From Burkholderiaceae bacterium (GTDB taxonomy: Bacteria; Pseudomonadota; Gammaproteobacteria; Burkholderiales; Burkholderiaceae_B): a DNA stretch of 64,000 nucleotides. The notes beneath the pieces were generated by a model. The model saw nothing but the letters and a program-made list of their open reading frames with translations, was not told the DNA's origin and ran no database searches. This document shows, piece by piece, positions 1 to 8,695 of this stretch. Position 1 is the first letter of the stretch; every line of letters starts with the position of its first letter. The translations under genes were made by a program, and so were the position numbers. The stretch is from assembly GCA_017983955.1 (NCBI GenBank), contig JAGOAJ010000008.1:24184-88183 (forward strand). Reading direction: 5' to 3'.

Positions 1-344
1 CCCGCAGTCGACTCACGCTCTAGCAACAGCCTATCAAGCACGGCCAAATCTGCCGGGCCGCAGCATTTAGGTATAACCACACCGACAATTCGCTCTACTG
101 GAAGAGCCGCTATATCATCTGCAAACCAGCCAGTGTCCAACCCATTGACACGTATCCATACTTGCTGCTTGGGACATTCTGATGCCTCAAGGGCCGAGAT
201 AGTCGTTGCGCGCCCACCAAGCTTATTTGATGGACCTATGGCATCTTCCCAATCAAATATAAGCGCATCAGCGTCACTTTGAAACGCGCTCGCGATCTTG
301 CGCGGACTATCGCCTGGCACAAACAACCAAGAACGCAAAGTCAT
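1..344 (-). CDS. HpcH/HpaI aldolase - citrate lyase beta (CitE)-like acyl-CoA lyase; 5' part only, the gene runs off the left edge
   Basis: My reverse-strand translation from the ATG at 344 gives MTLRSWLFVPGDSPRKIASAFQSDADALIFDWEDAIG...VWIRVNG...GVVIPKCCGPADL. This matches the N-terminal LFVPG / D-x-ED / R-x-N / PK pattern of CitE-type lyases. The start overlaps the MaoC stop (ATGA). It is absent from the ORF track because it is truncated. Confidence 0.75.
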   Translation of the reverse strand, partial: MTLRSWLFVPGDSPRKIASAFQSDADALIFDWEDAIGPSNKLGGRATTISALEASECPKQQVWIRVNGLDTGWFADDIAALPVERIVGVVIPKCCGPADLAVLDRLLLERESTA

Positions 345-796
345 ATAGTCGGCTCTCTATGCATCAATGCCGAGCGCGTGCAACGCGCCACTTCTGTACC
401 TTTCTGGTTATAGGCTAGGTGCAAAAATTCTACTATACCTGCATTGGGACGAGACGCACTTGCACGCATGGCCACCACCTCCGTTATTACAGATAAGGTA
501 TCGCCTTGAAATACAGGAGCAGGAAAGGCAATCTCACGCATCCCCAGATTGGCAATAGTTGTGCGCAAGGTCGTATCCCCCACGGATATTCCTATCATCA
601 GCCCTAATGTAAAAAGGCTATTCACCAGAGGTTGCCCGAACTCCGTGCCTGATGAATAGTGGGCATCTATATGCAATGGTTGCGGGTTCATGGTCATCGT
701 AGAAAACTGAACGTTATCCCACTCTGTAACCGTGCGCGTCAAGGTATGCTCAAAACGCATACCAACACTGAACTCTTCGTAATATAAGCCGCGCAT
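341..796 (-). CDS. MaoC-like (R)-specific enoyl-CoA hydratase/dehydratase (single hot-dog fold)
   Basis: 151 aa. The sequence YEEFSVGMRFEH...TEWDNVQFSTMTMNPQPLHID...GQPLVNS is typical of MaoC dehydratase domains. It is packed 8 nt downstream of the carboxylase alpha gene. Confidence 0.85.
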   Translation of the reverse strand: MRGLYYEEFSVGMRFEHTLTRTVTEWDNVQFSTMTMNPQPLHIDAHYSSGTEFGQPLVNSLFTLGLMIGISVGDTTLRTTIANLGMREIAFPAPVFQGDTLSVITEVVAMRASASRPNAGIVEFLHLAYNQKGTEVARCTRSALMHREPTI

Positions 797-804
797 AATA
801 TCTC

Positions 805-2835
805 CTAATTAGTCTCTAAGACAAGATCTTGCTGCTCGAGCTCCTGGAGCAGTACTAACACTTGCCCGCTGGAAACAATCTCGCCTATCCCACAATGTAT
901 GGACTCCACCTTACCTTTACGTGGCGCAACCAATGAAAATATCAACTTCATGGCCTCCATGATCACCAGAACATCTCCGGCTTCAACCTCGTCGCCGGGG
1001 GCGACATTGACTGTAGTTACGCTGCCCGGCATCTCGGCCTTAACTTCGCTTTCGCGTGCGCCCACTGCAGCATCTACGCGCGCTAGGGCCTGCAGCTCAG
1101 ACAATACCTGCAGGCGCCATTGCATTCCAGCAGTACTAACAACCGTGGTATCGTTATCTTGGCTCACCAAGTAGTCACTTGCAACACCATGCTTAGGCAT
1201 GACCCGAAAACGTCCATCTGCTAAAAGATCGACATCAACAACTAGTGTCTGACCGTCGATGTCGACCTTCCAACCGTTTGCGTGCCTTTCAAATGCCAAT
1301 AAGGTTTCAACATCGTCCAGGATCACCCGCACCCGGGTGATCGCACGGCGGCCCGTGGCCGACATAAACCGATAGCCATGGCGTTGCTGCCAATAATCAC
1401 GTGTCTGACACTTGCCCAAGGGGAAATCCATCGCCACTAGGCTAGCCACAATCTGAGCTCCAGAAAGTGCGTTCGCGCAAGGGCTCCATCCCGTCGGAAA
1501 TGCCTCACCAAGAAACCCGGTCGTTAAGCGCCCTGCTGTAAACAGGCTATGCTCAACGACTGACATCAAAAACGCCTGATTTGTGCCTATGCCCCCAGCC
1601 TCAAATGTCCGCAGTCCTTCGTGCAAGCGCTCTGCAGCCAAATGCCGTTGAGGGCCATAGCCGATAATCTTCGCGACCATGGAGTCGTAGTAAGGGCTTA
1701 TCGTTGAACCTTGAGCTATACCACTATCAACCCGCACACCAGCAATAGATGGCTCGCTATATCGGTCCACTTCACCTAATAGTGGTCGATAATCATTGCC
1801 AGGGTCTTCACAGTTAATACGAGCCTCAATAGCCCATCCGTTACACTGGATTTGCTCTTGAGTTAGAGGAAGCTGCTCTCCATAAGCGATGCGCAACTGC
1901 CACTCCACAAGATCAAGCCCGGTAATGGTTTCTGTTACTGGATGCTCAACTTGCAAGCGCGTATTCATTTCCAGGAAGTAAGGGTCTTCAGAGCCTTCGC
2001 CTAAAACAAACTCAACCGTTCCCAACGAGTCATAACCAATTTCTCGGCCAAGCCGGATCGCCGCATCAAATAACTTATTCCTCACCAACGGCTGTAAACT
2101 GGGTGCTGGCGCCTCTTCAATGACTTTCTGATAATTGCGCTGAATCGAACATTCACGCTCGAAAATATGCACCAGATTGCCGTGATGATCACCTGCCAGC
2201 TGAACCTCAAGATGGCGAGGCCGAAGTATCAGCTTTTCGATCAACATCCTATCGTCACCGAACGCACGCTGGGCTTCGCGCTTGGCAAGCTCCAGCTGTG
2301 CAAGGAAATCGCTCAGGTCATCTACTCGGCGCATCCCCTTACCACCACCGCCAGCACTAGCCTTGATAAGCAAAGGAACACCTATCGTCTTTGCTTGATT
2401 GTATAAAAACCCAGAGTCCTGATCATCGCCGTGATAGCCTGGTACACACGGAACACCGGCAGCCAGCGCTATGCGCTTGGACTCTATCTTGGAGCCCATG
2501 GACTCAATAACCTCAGCACGCGGACCTATCCAGACTATGCCGTGTTCTTTGCAAGCCCTGACTAAGCTTGTGGACTCCGCTAGAAAGCCATATCCCGGGT
2601 GTATAGCCTGGGCCTTGGTCTGAATCGCTGCGTGAATAATTGCTTCGGTGCTGAGGTAACTCTGTGAGACCTCGGCTTCACCTATGCAAATAGCCTCATG
2701 GGCTTCATGCACATGCCGGGCTTGCGCATCGGCGGTTGAGTAAACAGCAATAGATCGAATACCCAGACGGCGGCAACTGCGAATTACACGGCAGGCAATT
2801 TCACCGCGATTAGCTATCAATACTGATTCAAACAT
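805..2835 (-). CDS. Acyl-CoA carboxylase alpha subunit (biotin carboxylase plus C-terminal biotinyl carrier domain), MCC/GCC-like
   Basis: 676 aa. The N-terminus VLIANRGEIACRVIRSCRRLGI, the ATP-grasp core with EMNTRLQVEHPVTE, and the C-terminal biotinylation motif EAMKL are all present. Confidence 0.92.
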   Translation of the reverse strand: MFESVLIANRGEIACRVIRSCRRLGIRSIAVYSTADAQARHVHEAHEAICIGEAEVSQSYLSTEAIIHAAIQTKAQAIHPGYGFLAESTSLVRACKEHGIVWIGPRAEVIESMGSKIESKRIALAAGVPCVPGYHGDDQDSGFLYNQAKTIGVPLLIKASAGGGGKGMRRVDDLSDFLAQLELAKREAQRAFGDDRMLIEKLILRPRHLEVQLAGDHHGNLVHIFERECSIQRNYQKVIEEAPAPSLQPLVRNKLFDAAIRLGREIGYDSLGTVEFVLGEGSEDPYFLEMNTRLQVEHPVTETITGLDLVEWQLRIAYGEQLPLTQEQIQCNGWAIEARINCEDPGNDYRPLLGEVDRYSEPSIAGVRVDSGIAQGSTISPYYDSMVAKIIGYGPQRHLAAERLHEGLRTFEAGGIGTNQAFLMSVVEHSLFTAGRLTTGFLGEAFPTGWSPCANALSGAQIVASLVAMDFPLGKCQTRDYWQQRHGYRFMSATGRRAITRVRVILDDVETLLAFERHANGWKVDIDGQTLVVDVDLLADGRFRVMPKHGVASDYLVSQDNDTTVVSTAGMQWRLQVLSELQALARVDAAVGARESEVKAEMPGSVTTVNVAPGDEVEAGDVLVIMEAMKLIFSLVAPRKGKVESIHCGIGEIVSSGQVLVLLQELEQQDLVLETN

Positions 2836-2847
2836 TTTCTCTCGCCT

Positions 2848-4446
2848 TTACATACGGAATACAGGTGACGGGCCGGTGATGGGCGCCTCGGCTGCTGCAA
2901 GCGCCAGACACATCCCGATAACCTCACGTGTTTCTGAAGGTTCAATGATTCCATCGTCCCAAAGACGGGCAGTGGCGTAATACGGACTACTTTGCTCGCC
3001 GAACTGCGCGCGAGTAGCGCGCTCGATCTCGGTGATCTCCTCATCCGAAGCGGGCGACTTGAGGCTGCTACGTCTCAAGTCTGTGAGCACGGTGGTGGCA
3101 ATATCTGCGCTCATGGTTGCAATCTGCGAGTTGGGCCATGCGAAGAGAAACCGGGGATCAAATCCGCGCCCACACATTCCATAGTTCCCAGCCCCAAACG
3201 AACCCCCGATAATCACCGTCAAACGGGGGACTCGTGCAGTAGCCATGGCGTACACGAGCTTTGCGCTATGCCTGGCAATACCGCCCCGCTCTGCTTCTGT
3301 ACCCACCATAAACCCGGTAATATTCTGTAAAAACAACAGAGGAATGTTCCTCTGATTGCACAGTTCGATGAAGTGCGCCCCCTTAACCGCAGCATCGGAA
3401 AACAATACGCCATTGTTAGCCAGTATTCCGACAGGGTAACCACAGCAATAGGCTGTTCCACACACCAATGTGGTGCCAAAATCCGGCTTAAACTCTTGGA
3501 AATCGGAATCATCAATCACCCGTGCTATGACCTCGCGGACGTCATAGGGCTCTTTCAAATTGGGCGGCACGACACCGCGTAACTCGCTGATATCGTAGCG
3601 AGGGGCCCGTGGCTCTTTAACCGCTCCATGAATCGGCCGGTCGCGGTTCAGTTTGGCTACAATTTCACGGACTCTTACCAAAGCTTGAGCTTCGTTTTCA
3701 GCCAAGTAATCTGCAACACCTGAGACCTTCACATGCATTTCTGCACCACCCAGGGTCTCACCATCCACGATCTCATTGATGGCCGCTTTGACGATCTGGG
3801 GCCCGCCCAAATGTATACGTGCCTGCCCGCGTACCATTACGGTTTCATCGGACAAGGCTGGAATATATGCGCCGCCGGCAGTGCAACCGCCAAACACTGC
3901 CGCTATCTGTGGAATTCCAGCCGCTGACATTTGGCATTGCCGGTAAAAAGTATTGCCAAAATGATCCTTGTCCGGAAAGACTTTATCTTGCTCGGGCAAA
4001 TAGGCGCCTCCGCAATCCACAAGATAAATCACGGGGAGTTTATGCTGTTGAGCAATGTCCTGGGCTCGTACATGTTTCTTTACTGTTTCAGCAAAAAAAG
4101 ATCCACCTTTGACGGTTGCGTCATTCGCAATCAACATGCAAGGCGTTCCGGCAATCAACCCTATGCCAGTGATAATTCCAGCAGATGGCACCGCATTGCC
4201 GTACATACCCCACGCTGCAAGCGGGGAAAGCTCCATAAAACTAGACTGTGGATCCAGCAGCAGATCAATCCGCTCCCGGGCGAGCATCTTGTTACGGGCA
4301 TGGTGACGCTCTACCAGCTTAGGGCCACCACCTTGCTGTACCTTAGTATGCCGCGCTCGAAGATCGGTAAGCAGGGCATCACTGTGTTGTAAATTGCGCG
4401 CAAAGGACTCGCTCCTGGCGTCGATACGGGATTTAATAACACTCAT
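2848..4446 (-). CDS. Acyl-CoA carboxylase beta subunit (carboxyltransferase), methylcrotonyl-/geranyl-CoA carboxylase-like
   Basis: 532 aa. It has the N-terminal LTDLRARHTKVQQGGGPK...RNKMLARERIDLLLD pattern and two crotonase-like CT halves. It lies adjacent to the alpha subunit. Confidence 0.92.
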   Translation of the reverse strand: MSVIKSRIDARSESFARNLQHSDALLTDLRARHTKVQQGGGPKLVERHHARNKMLARERIDLLLDPQSSFMELSPLAAWGMYGNAVPSAGIITGIGLIAGTPCMLIANDATVKGGSFFAETVKKHVRAQDIAQQHKLPVIYLVDCGGAYLPEQDKVFPDKDHFGNTFYRQCQMSAAGIPQIAAVFGGCTAGGAYIPALSDETVMVRGQARIHLGGPQIVKAAINEIVDGETLGGAEMHVKVSGVADYLAENEAQALVRVREIVAKLNRDRPIHGAVKEPRAPRYDISELRGVVPPNLKEPYDVREVIARVIDDSDFQEFKPDFGTTLVCGTAYCCGYPVGILANNGVLFSDAAVKGAHFIELCNQRNIPLLFLQNITGFMVGTEAERGGIARHSAKLVYAMATARVPRLTVIIGGSFGAGNYGMCGRGFDPRFLFAWPNSQIATMSADIATTVLTDLRRSSLKSPASDEEITEIERATRAQFGEQSSPYYATARLWDDGIIEPSETREVIGMCLALAAAEAPITGPSPVFRM

Positions 4447-4452
4447 GTCAGC

Positions 4453-4923
4453 TCACTCCAGCACGTAGTGGAAGTCAGTAATCTTGCCTTCAGGGGCTTC
4501 ATTGAATACGACTTTTACACGAGTGCCTGGCTTCAATAGCTGAGCAGCTAAAGGAACGTCATCAAGATCCATACCTTTTACGAAATTGACCATTGCTGTG
4601 TCCACACCACTTAGCCTTACAAAGGCAATTGCGTACGGTGGCGTCGGTAAATTGTCGAACGCTGCTGTAACAATCGTTGCTGCCTCAATAACACCATGCT
4701 GCCCCGCTTCGACCCATGCATCGCACACTTCAAAGCTACGTTCGCAATATCCACGTGGTGGCAAATAGGTAATACCCGAGCTTGTACAATGGGTTGCCAA
4801 AATTTTCTTTTCTTTCAGGCCATCAAAGAATCGTGCACCGACTTCCCCCAAAGGGTAACGGTAGCGTACATTCCATTCGGTACTAATCATGTGATTAGCT
4901 GGCGTCATTTCATGCTTACTCAT
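4453..4923 (-). CDS. DUF35 / OB-fold, acyl-CoA-associated protein (thiolase-partner scaffold)
   Basis: 156 aa. A degenerate Zn-ribbon region (HCTSSGITYLPPRGYCERSFEVC) is followed by an OB-fold-like C-terminus. It sits directly downstream of the thiolase-fold genes, as in PhlB/BbsA/ChsH2-DUF35 arrangements. Confidence 0.8.
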   Translation of the reverse strand: MSKHEMTPANHMISTEWNVRYRYPLGEVGARFFDGLKEKKILATHCTSSGITYLPPRGYCERSFEVCDAWVEAGQHGVIEAATIVTAAFDNLPTPPYAIAFVRLSGVDTAMVNFVKGMDLDDVPLAAQLLKPGTRVKVVFNEAPEGKITDFHYVLE

Positions 4924-4939
4924 TTATTTCGTACTCCTT

Positions 4940-6142
4940 TCAGGCAGCGACTATCGCGCGCGGTTCATCACTCAACATAGTGACGGTGAAAAACTGAGTT
5001 GACCCACCAATGGCAGTTGCAATGGCATTGCTTACATTCGGCACCTGCATTTCACCGGCCTTACCCATAACTTGACGAGCGGCATCAGCGACCCGTACAA
5101 GCCCCGTGACCCCAATGGGATTAGTGCATAGCGTCCCGCCTGAAGGATTCACGGCAACTTTGCCATCCATATCAAATACCCCTTCGTCGCTCAAGTGTTG
5201 AGCAGTGCCCCTGCTGCAAAAGCCCAAGGACTCTAGCTGAGGAAACTGGAATGAACTGAAAGGATCGTAGATTTCTACTGCCTGAACCTGCGTAGTCACG
5301 TCGGTAATACCCGCCTGGCGATAACATTGCGCAGCGGCTTGGCTCAGTTCAGAAAAATCCGCGAAATCCGTGTCTCCAGAAGGCACCATCCTGTCGCCCA
5401 TGAAAACTGTATTTGACACACCGGAGGTTCCCGTGATGAATGCTGGTTTGGTGCAATGCTTACGCGCAAAGTTTTCGCTAGTAACAACTAACGCCGCAGC
5501 TCCCGCCGATCGCGGACAAATATCAAACCGCTTGTAGGGCCACGCAATCCGCGGAGAGTCCATGACGGCGTCAATATCTATCAACCCCTTCAAATGTGCC
5601 GATGGATTATTCATGGCATTACGACGTGCCCTGACGACGACATTTGCATATTGCTCTTCTGTTGTGCCATATTTATGCATATAGCGCTGCGTCGCCAACG
5701 CTGTCATGGTTACAGTATTAAGCGCAAAATCCTGCTCGTAAAAAGGATCCCAGATTAGATTTAGAATGAACTGCGCATCTGGCGTTTCTGTCAATCGGTC
5801 AGCGCCAACAACCAAGACTGTCTGGTGCTGCCCTGATGCAATATGGGCATAAGCGGCTTGCAAAGCGGAACCCCCGGTCGCACCACCGGTATGGACCCTC
5901 ATGAAAGGCTTCCCTCTAGCCCAAACATAATCGACAGACCACTTGTCGGCATCAGCAACACCCATAAACGTCGTGGGCGCCATCGAAAAAACCACCGCAT
6001 CTATCTGATCTATCCCTAACCCCGAGTCTTGCAGCGCAAGCACTACAGCATCTTGTGCCAATTCAGGATATGTCTTTTCATCAAACCGCGATTTAAACGG
6101 TGTTTGACCGACGCCTATGATGGCAACATTCTGCGCCCTCAT
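4940..6142 (-). CDS. Thiolase-fold protein, SCP-x/Ltp-type, lacking the canonical nucleophilic Cys
   Basis: 400 aa with SCP-x-type landmarks (DICPRSAGAAALVV, VNPSGGTLCTNPIGVTG). The nucleophile position reads HTGGATGGSAL where NNNCxTGS is expected. There is no Cys in the first ~200 aa. The C-terminal GHP motif reads TNP. Confidence 0.85.
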   Translation of the reverse strand: MRAQNVAIIGVGQTPFKSRFDEKTYPELAQDAVVLALQDSGLGIDQIDAVVFSMAPTTFMGVADADKWSVDYVWARGKPFMRVHTGGATGGSALQAAYAHIASGQHQTVLVVGADRLTETPDAQFILNLIWDPFYEQDFALNTVTMTALATQRYMHKYGTTEEQYANVVVRARRNAMNNPSAHLKGLIDIDAVMDSPRIAWPYKRFDICPRSAGAAALVVTSENFARKHCTKPAFITGTSGVSNTVFMGDRMVPSGDTDFADFSELSQAAAQCYRQAGITDVTTQVQAVEIYDPFSSFQFPQLESLGFCSRGTAQHLSDEGVFDMDGKVAVNPSGGTLCTNPIGVTGLVRVADAARQVMGKAGEMQVPNVSNAIATAIGGSTQFFTVTMLSDEPRAIVAA

Positions 6143-7233
6143 GATTGAACTCCTTCGAAAACCATAAAGCTATGCGTTTGCTGTGCAAAACCCGATACAC
6201 CATGCGCCATTGAGATCTTGGCGTTGTCCACTTGAGTAGCGCCCGCCAACCCGCTCACCTGCAATACCGCTTCTGCCGCGTTAACCAGACTGGTGCAGAA
6301 ATATGGGTTCTGGGCCCATGCCCCTCCGGAAGGACTGATAACTGCCTTGCCGTGGCGGCGAAATACTTGCGTCATTGCCAAATCCGACCAGCCCGTCTGG
6401 GCTTCAAGCTCGATAACATCCAGACTATCCGCGGACTCCAAACCGGCGCGTTTTACCGCCTCCAACAATGCACGCTCGAAGGCCTTCAGTGTCAGGCGCT
6501 CTGCATCAAGCTGATACCGGTCTACCACCGAGCTCATCCCTGCTATGCGAGCCAACGGCTTGCACTCTGGATGGTCCTGTACCCATTTTCCGGATGCCAA
6601 CACCATAGCAACCGCACCATCAGTAATAGATGCACAGTGTTCAGTGCGCAATGGATAAGCAATATAGGAAGACGAGGCGATATCTGCTGTTGAACGCTTC
6701 TTACGCGCGACGGCACGAGTATTTGCTGCAGCAGCCATCATGCGGCTATGTACTTGCATGGCTACGGCATCTTCTGTAAGACCATCATGGTGCATCAACG
6801 AATTAGCAAACAATCCGTCGGCTATTGCAAAATTCAACCCTATTGGGCGCAAGTAAAAGGGTTCTGCGCGCATACGTGCAATGTCTTGCATCGGACTCGC
6901 CGACGCCTGGACCGTGCTCACGACTAAGCCCAAATTCAAGTCGCCCGCCGCCACTCGCATTGCACCAAGCTGCAAGCCAGTCATCCCGGAATCCGTAACT
7001 CGCATTTCATCTTTTAAATAAGCGCCTGATGGCGCCGCAAGCAGCATGCTGCTGATTCCCCGGGCGTCAATCTCGTCACTGGCTGCCAGCGTGACGTGGT
7101 CTATTTGCTCACGCTTGACGCCAGCACTATCCAAAGCTGACCGTGCAGTCCGATAGGCCATTTCCTCAAGCCGCAGGCTATCAACCACATCTGCTGGGGG
7201 CAGCATCCCCACTCCTATCACAAAAACATCCAT
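6139..7233 (-). CDS. Thiolase/condensing-enzyme-fold partner protein (PhlA/HMGCS-like position), also Cys-less
   Basis: I moved the start to the ATG at 7233 (MDVFVIGVGM...), because the track ORF extends to 7407 and would overlap the thioesterase gene. The nucleophile region reads VTDSGMTGLQLG and the C-terminus ISPSGGAWAQNP. A 4-nt overlap with the next gene suggests translational coupling. Confidence 0.7.
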   Translation of the reverse strand: MDVFVIGVGMLPPADVVDSLRLEEMAYRTARSALDSAGVKREQIDHVTLAASDEIDARGISSMLLAAPSGAYLKDEMRVTDSGMTGLQLGAMRVAAGDLNLGLVVSTVQASASPMQDIARMRAEPFYLRPIGLNFAIADGLFANSLMHHDGLTEDAVAMQVHSRMMAAAANTRAVARKKRSTADIASSSYIAYPLRTEHCASITDGAVAMVLASGKWVQDHPECKPLARIAGMSSVVDRYQLDAERLTLKAFERALLEAVKRAGLESADSLDVIELEAQTGWSDLAMTQVFRRHGKAVISPSGGAWAQNPYFCTSLVNAAEAVLQVSGLAGATQVDNAKISMAHGVSGFAQQTHSFMVFEGVQS

Positions 7234-7264
7234 TTCTTGTCCTTGGCTTTTACCGTTAGTCCAA

Positions 7265-7705
7265 TCATGCTTCAGGCCGCGCACGGAATATGCGAAATGT
7301 TCCTGTGGCCTTGCAACACACCTCACCTTGCTCGCTACGAAATTCACTTTCTGCATAAGCAACAGCGCTTCCGTGGCGTACCACTCGCCCTTCCCCATGC
7401 AACACATGCTCTACAGAGGCAAGCGATAAATAAGAAATATTCAAATTCAATGTCGCAATTGCTCGGTTAGGCTGCACCAGAGTGCCTACCGCGGCCCCCT
7501 GAAGAATGTCGTGCAAATACGCCAAAATCGCACCATTTACAGCAGACGTCCCAGCTCCACCACGGTGATGCTCACCCACCAGCAACTGGATACGACTAAC
7601 ACCGCGTTCCAGAGAAACCATGCGTGCGCCAACCCAATCAACATATAGCTGATGGTTCCAGTACTCCAACGTCCAGCGAGTCGGTTGTGTCTCCATGAAA
7701 GACAT
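7265..7705 (-). CDS. PaaI/4HBT-type hot-dog thioesterase
   Basis: 146 aa. The pattern VSRIQLLVGEHHRGGAGTSAVNGAILAYLHD...LNISYL...G matches PaaI-family thioesterases. It is the first gene of the minus-strand operon. Confidence 0.75.
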   Translation of the reverse strand: MSFMETQPTRWTLEYWNHQLYVDWVGARMVSLERGVSRIQLLVGEHHRGGAGTSAVNGAILAYLHDILQGAAVGTLVQPNRAIATLNLNISYLSLASVEHVLHGEGRVVRHGSAVAYAESEFRSEQGEVCCKATGTFRIFRARPEA

Positions 7706-7737
7706 TCTATACTGGACATTCTACACAGTCAATTAAT

Positions 7738-7804
7738 TAACCGACCGGTTAGTTTGCTTCCTAACCAAGATGAAAATGCGTCGTTCAGGCATCTATACCT
7801 GAAC
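7738..7804. promoter_or_regulatory. Two inverted repeats in the divergent promoter: TAACCG-AC-CGGTTA (7738-7751) and GTTCAGG-N8-CCTGAAC (7783-7804)
   Basis: Both have exact arms, which I read directly. They lie between the thioesterase operon start (7705) and the crotonase start (7866). Confidence 0.4.
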
Positions 7805-7865
7805 ATCATCCCAACCATAGCCAACCCAGTACGGGTTATAGATCTGAACTTCTTGGAGATTTCTG

Positions 7866-8690
7866 ATGATAAAAAATTACGAAGGACCTGCATTTGAAGG
7901 TGTGGCCGTACACCTCACCTGGATAGAACGCGCTGTCGCCCTCATCACGTTGACGCGCCCGGAACAAATGAACACGCTTTCTATGGAGCTGATACAAGAG
8001 TTCAATCAGGCACTGAACTTAGTTGATGCCGCCGGGGCCCGCGCTCTGATAATCACAGGGCAAGACCGAGCCTTTTGTTGTGGAGCCCATTTACGCTACT
8101 TCGCCGGACCAGACGCGTCACTTCTCAATTCATTTGATGCACGAGACCGTTATCTTGCAGATATCGCGGTGCTATTTGACCGTCTTGAAGAGCTCCCTTT
8201 CCCGACTATTGCTGCGATTAATGGCTACGCAATGGGCGGCGGGTGCGAACTGGCGTTGTCTTGTGATATCCGAGTCCTGGCGGAAGATGCAAAAATCGGA
8301 CTGCCAGAAACAAAATTAGGCGCCGTGGCGGCTGCTGGCGGCGTTCAGAAACTGATACGTCATGTAGGCCGAAGCCGGGCTCTGGATTGGATACTACGGG
8401 CCACCCATCTTGACTCAGCTACGGTTGAACGTTATGGGCTTTGCTCAGATGTTGTACCCACCTCCGAGCTGATAACCACAGCCTTGAATATAGCGCTGGA
8501 GCTACGTAAACTTGGCCCACGTGCTATCGCTCAATCTAAACGGGCTATCTACCTTAGTGAAGACGCAGACTTACGCACGGCGCGACGCTATGGTCTTGAA
8601 GCCATATCTATTCTTGTCGGCGGTGATGAATGGAAAGAAGGAATGTCAGCCTTCACAGAGAAGCGGACACCTGAATTCGACAGCTGGTAA
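7866..8690 (+). CDS. Enoyl-CoA hydratase/isomerase (crotonase superfamily)
   Basis: 274 aa. It has LTRPEQMNTLS, FCCGAHL, INGYAMGGGCELALSCDIR and GLPETKLG, which are oxyanion-hole and catalytic-Glu motifs. Confidence 0.9.
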   Translation: MIKNYEGPAFEGVAVHLTWIERAVALITLTRPEQMNTLSMELIQEFNQALNLVDAAGARALIITGQDRAFCCGAHLRYFAGPDASLLNSFDARDRYLADIAVLFDRLEELPFPTIAAINGYAMGGGCELALSCDIRVLAEDAKIGLPETKLGAVAAAGGVQKLIRHVGRSRALDWILRATHLDSATVERYGLCSDVVPTSELITTALNIALELRKLGPRAIAQSKRAIYLSEDADLRTARRYGLEAISILVGGDEWKEGMSAFTEKRTPEFDSW

Positions 8691-8695
8691 CAAAT

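Noticed and set aside
6139-7407. Long N-terminal extensions in the ORF track (this one, plus 13135-13974, 18824-19609, 25848-26906, 42806-43843, 44368-46020, 48411-49622, 49640-50452, 52619-53929 and 56410-57519)
   Set aside because: In each case the extension overlaps the neighbouring gene or a terminator. An internal ATG with an SD gives the N-terminus typical for the family. I report the shorter coordinates.
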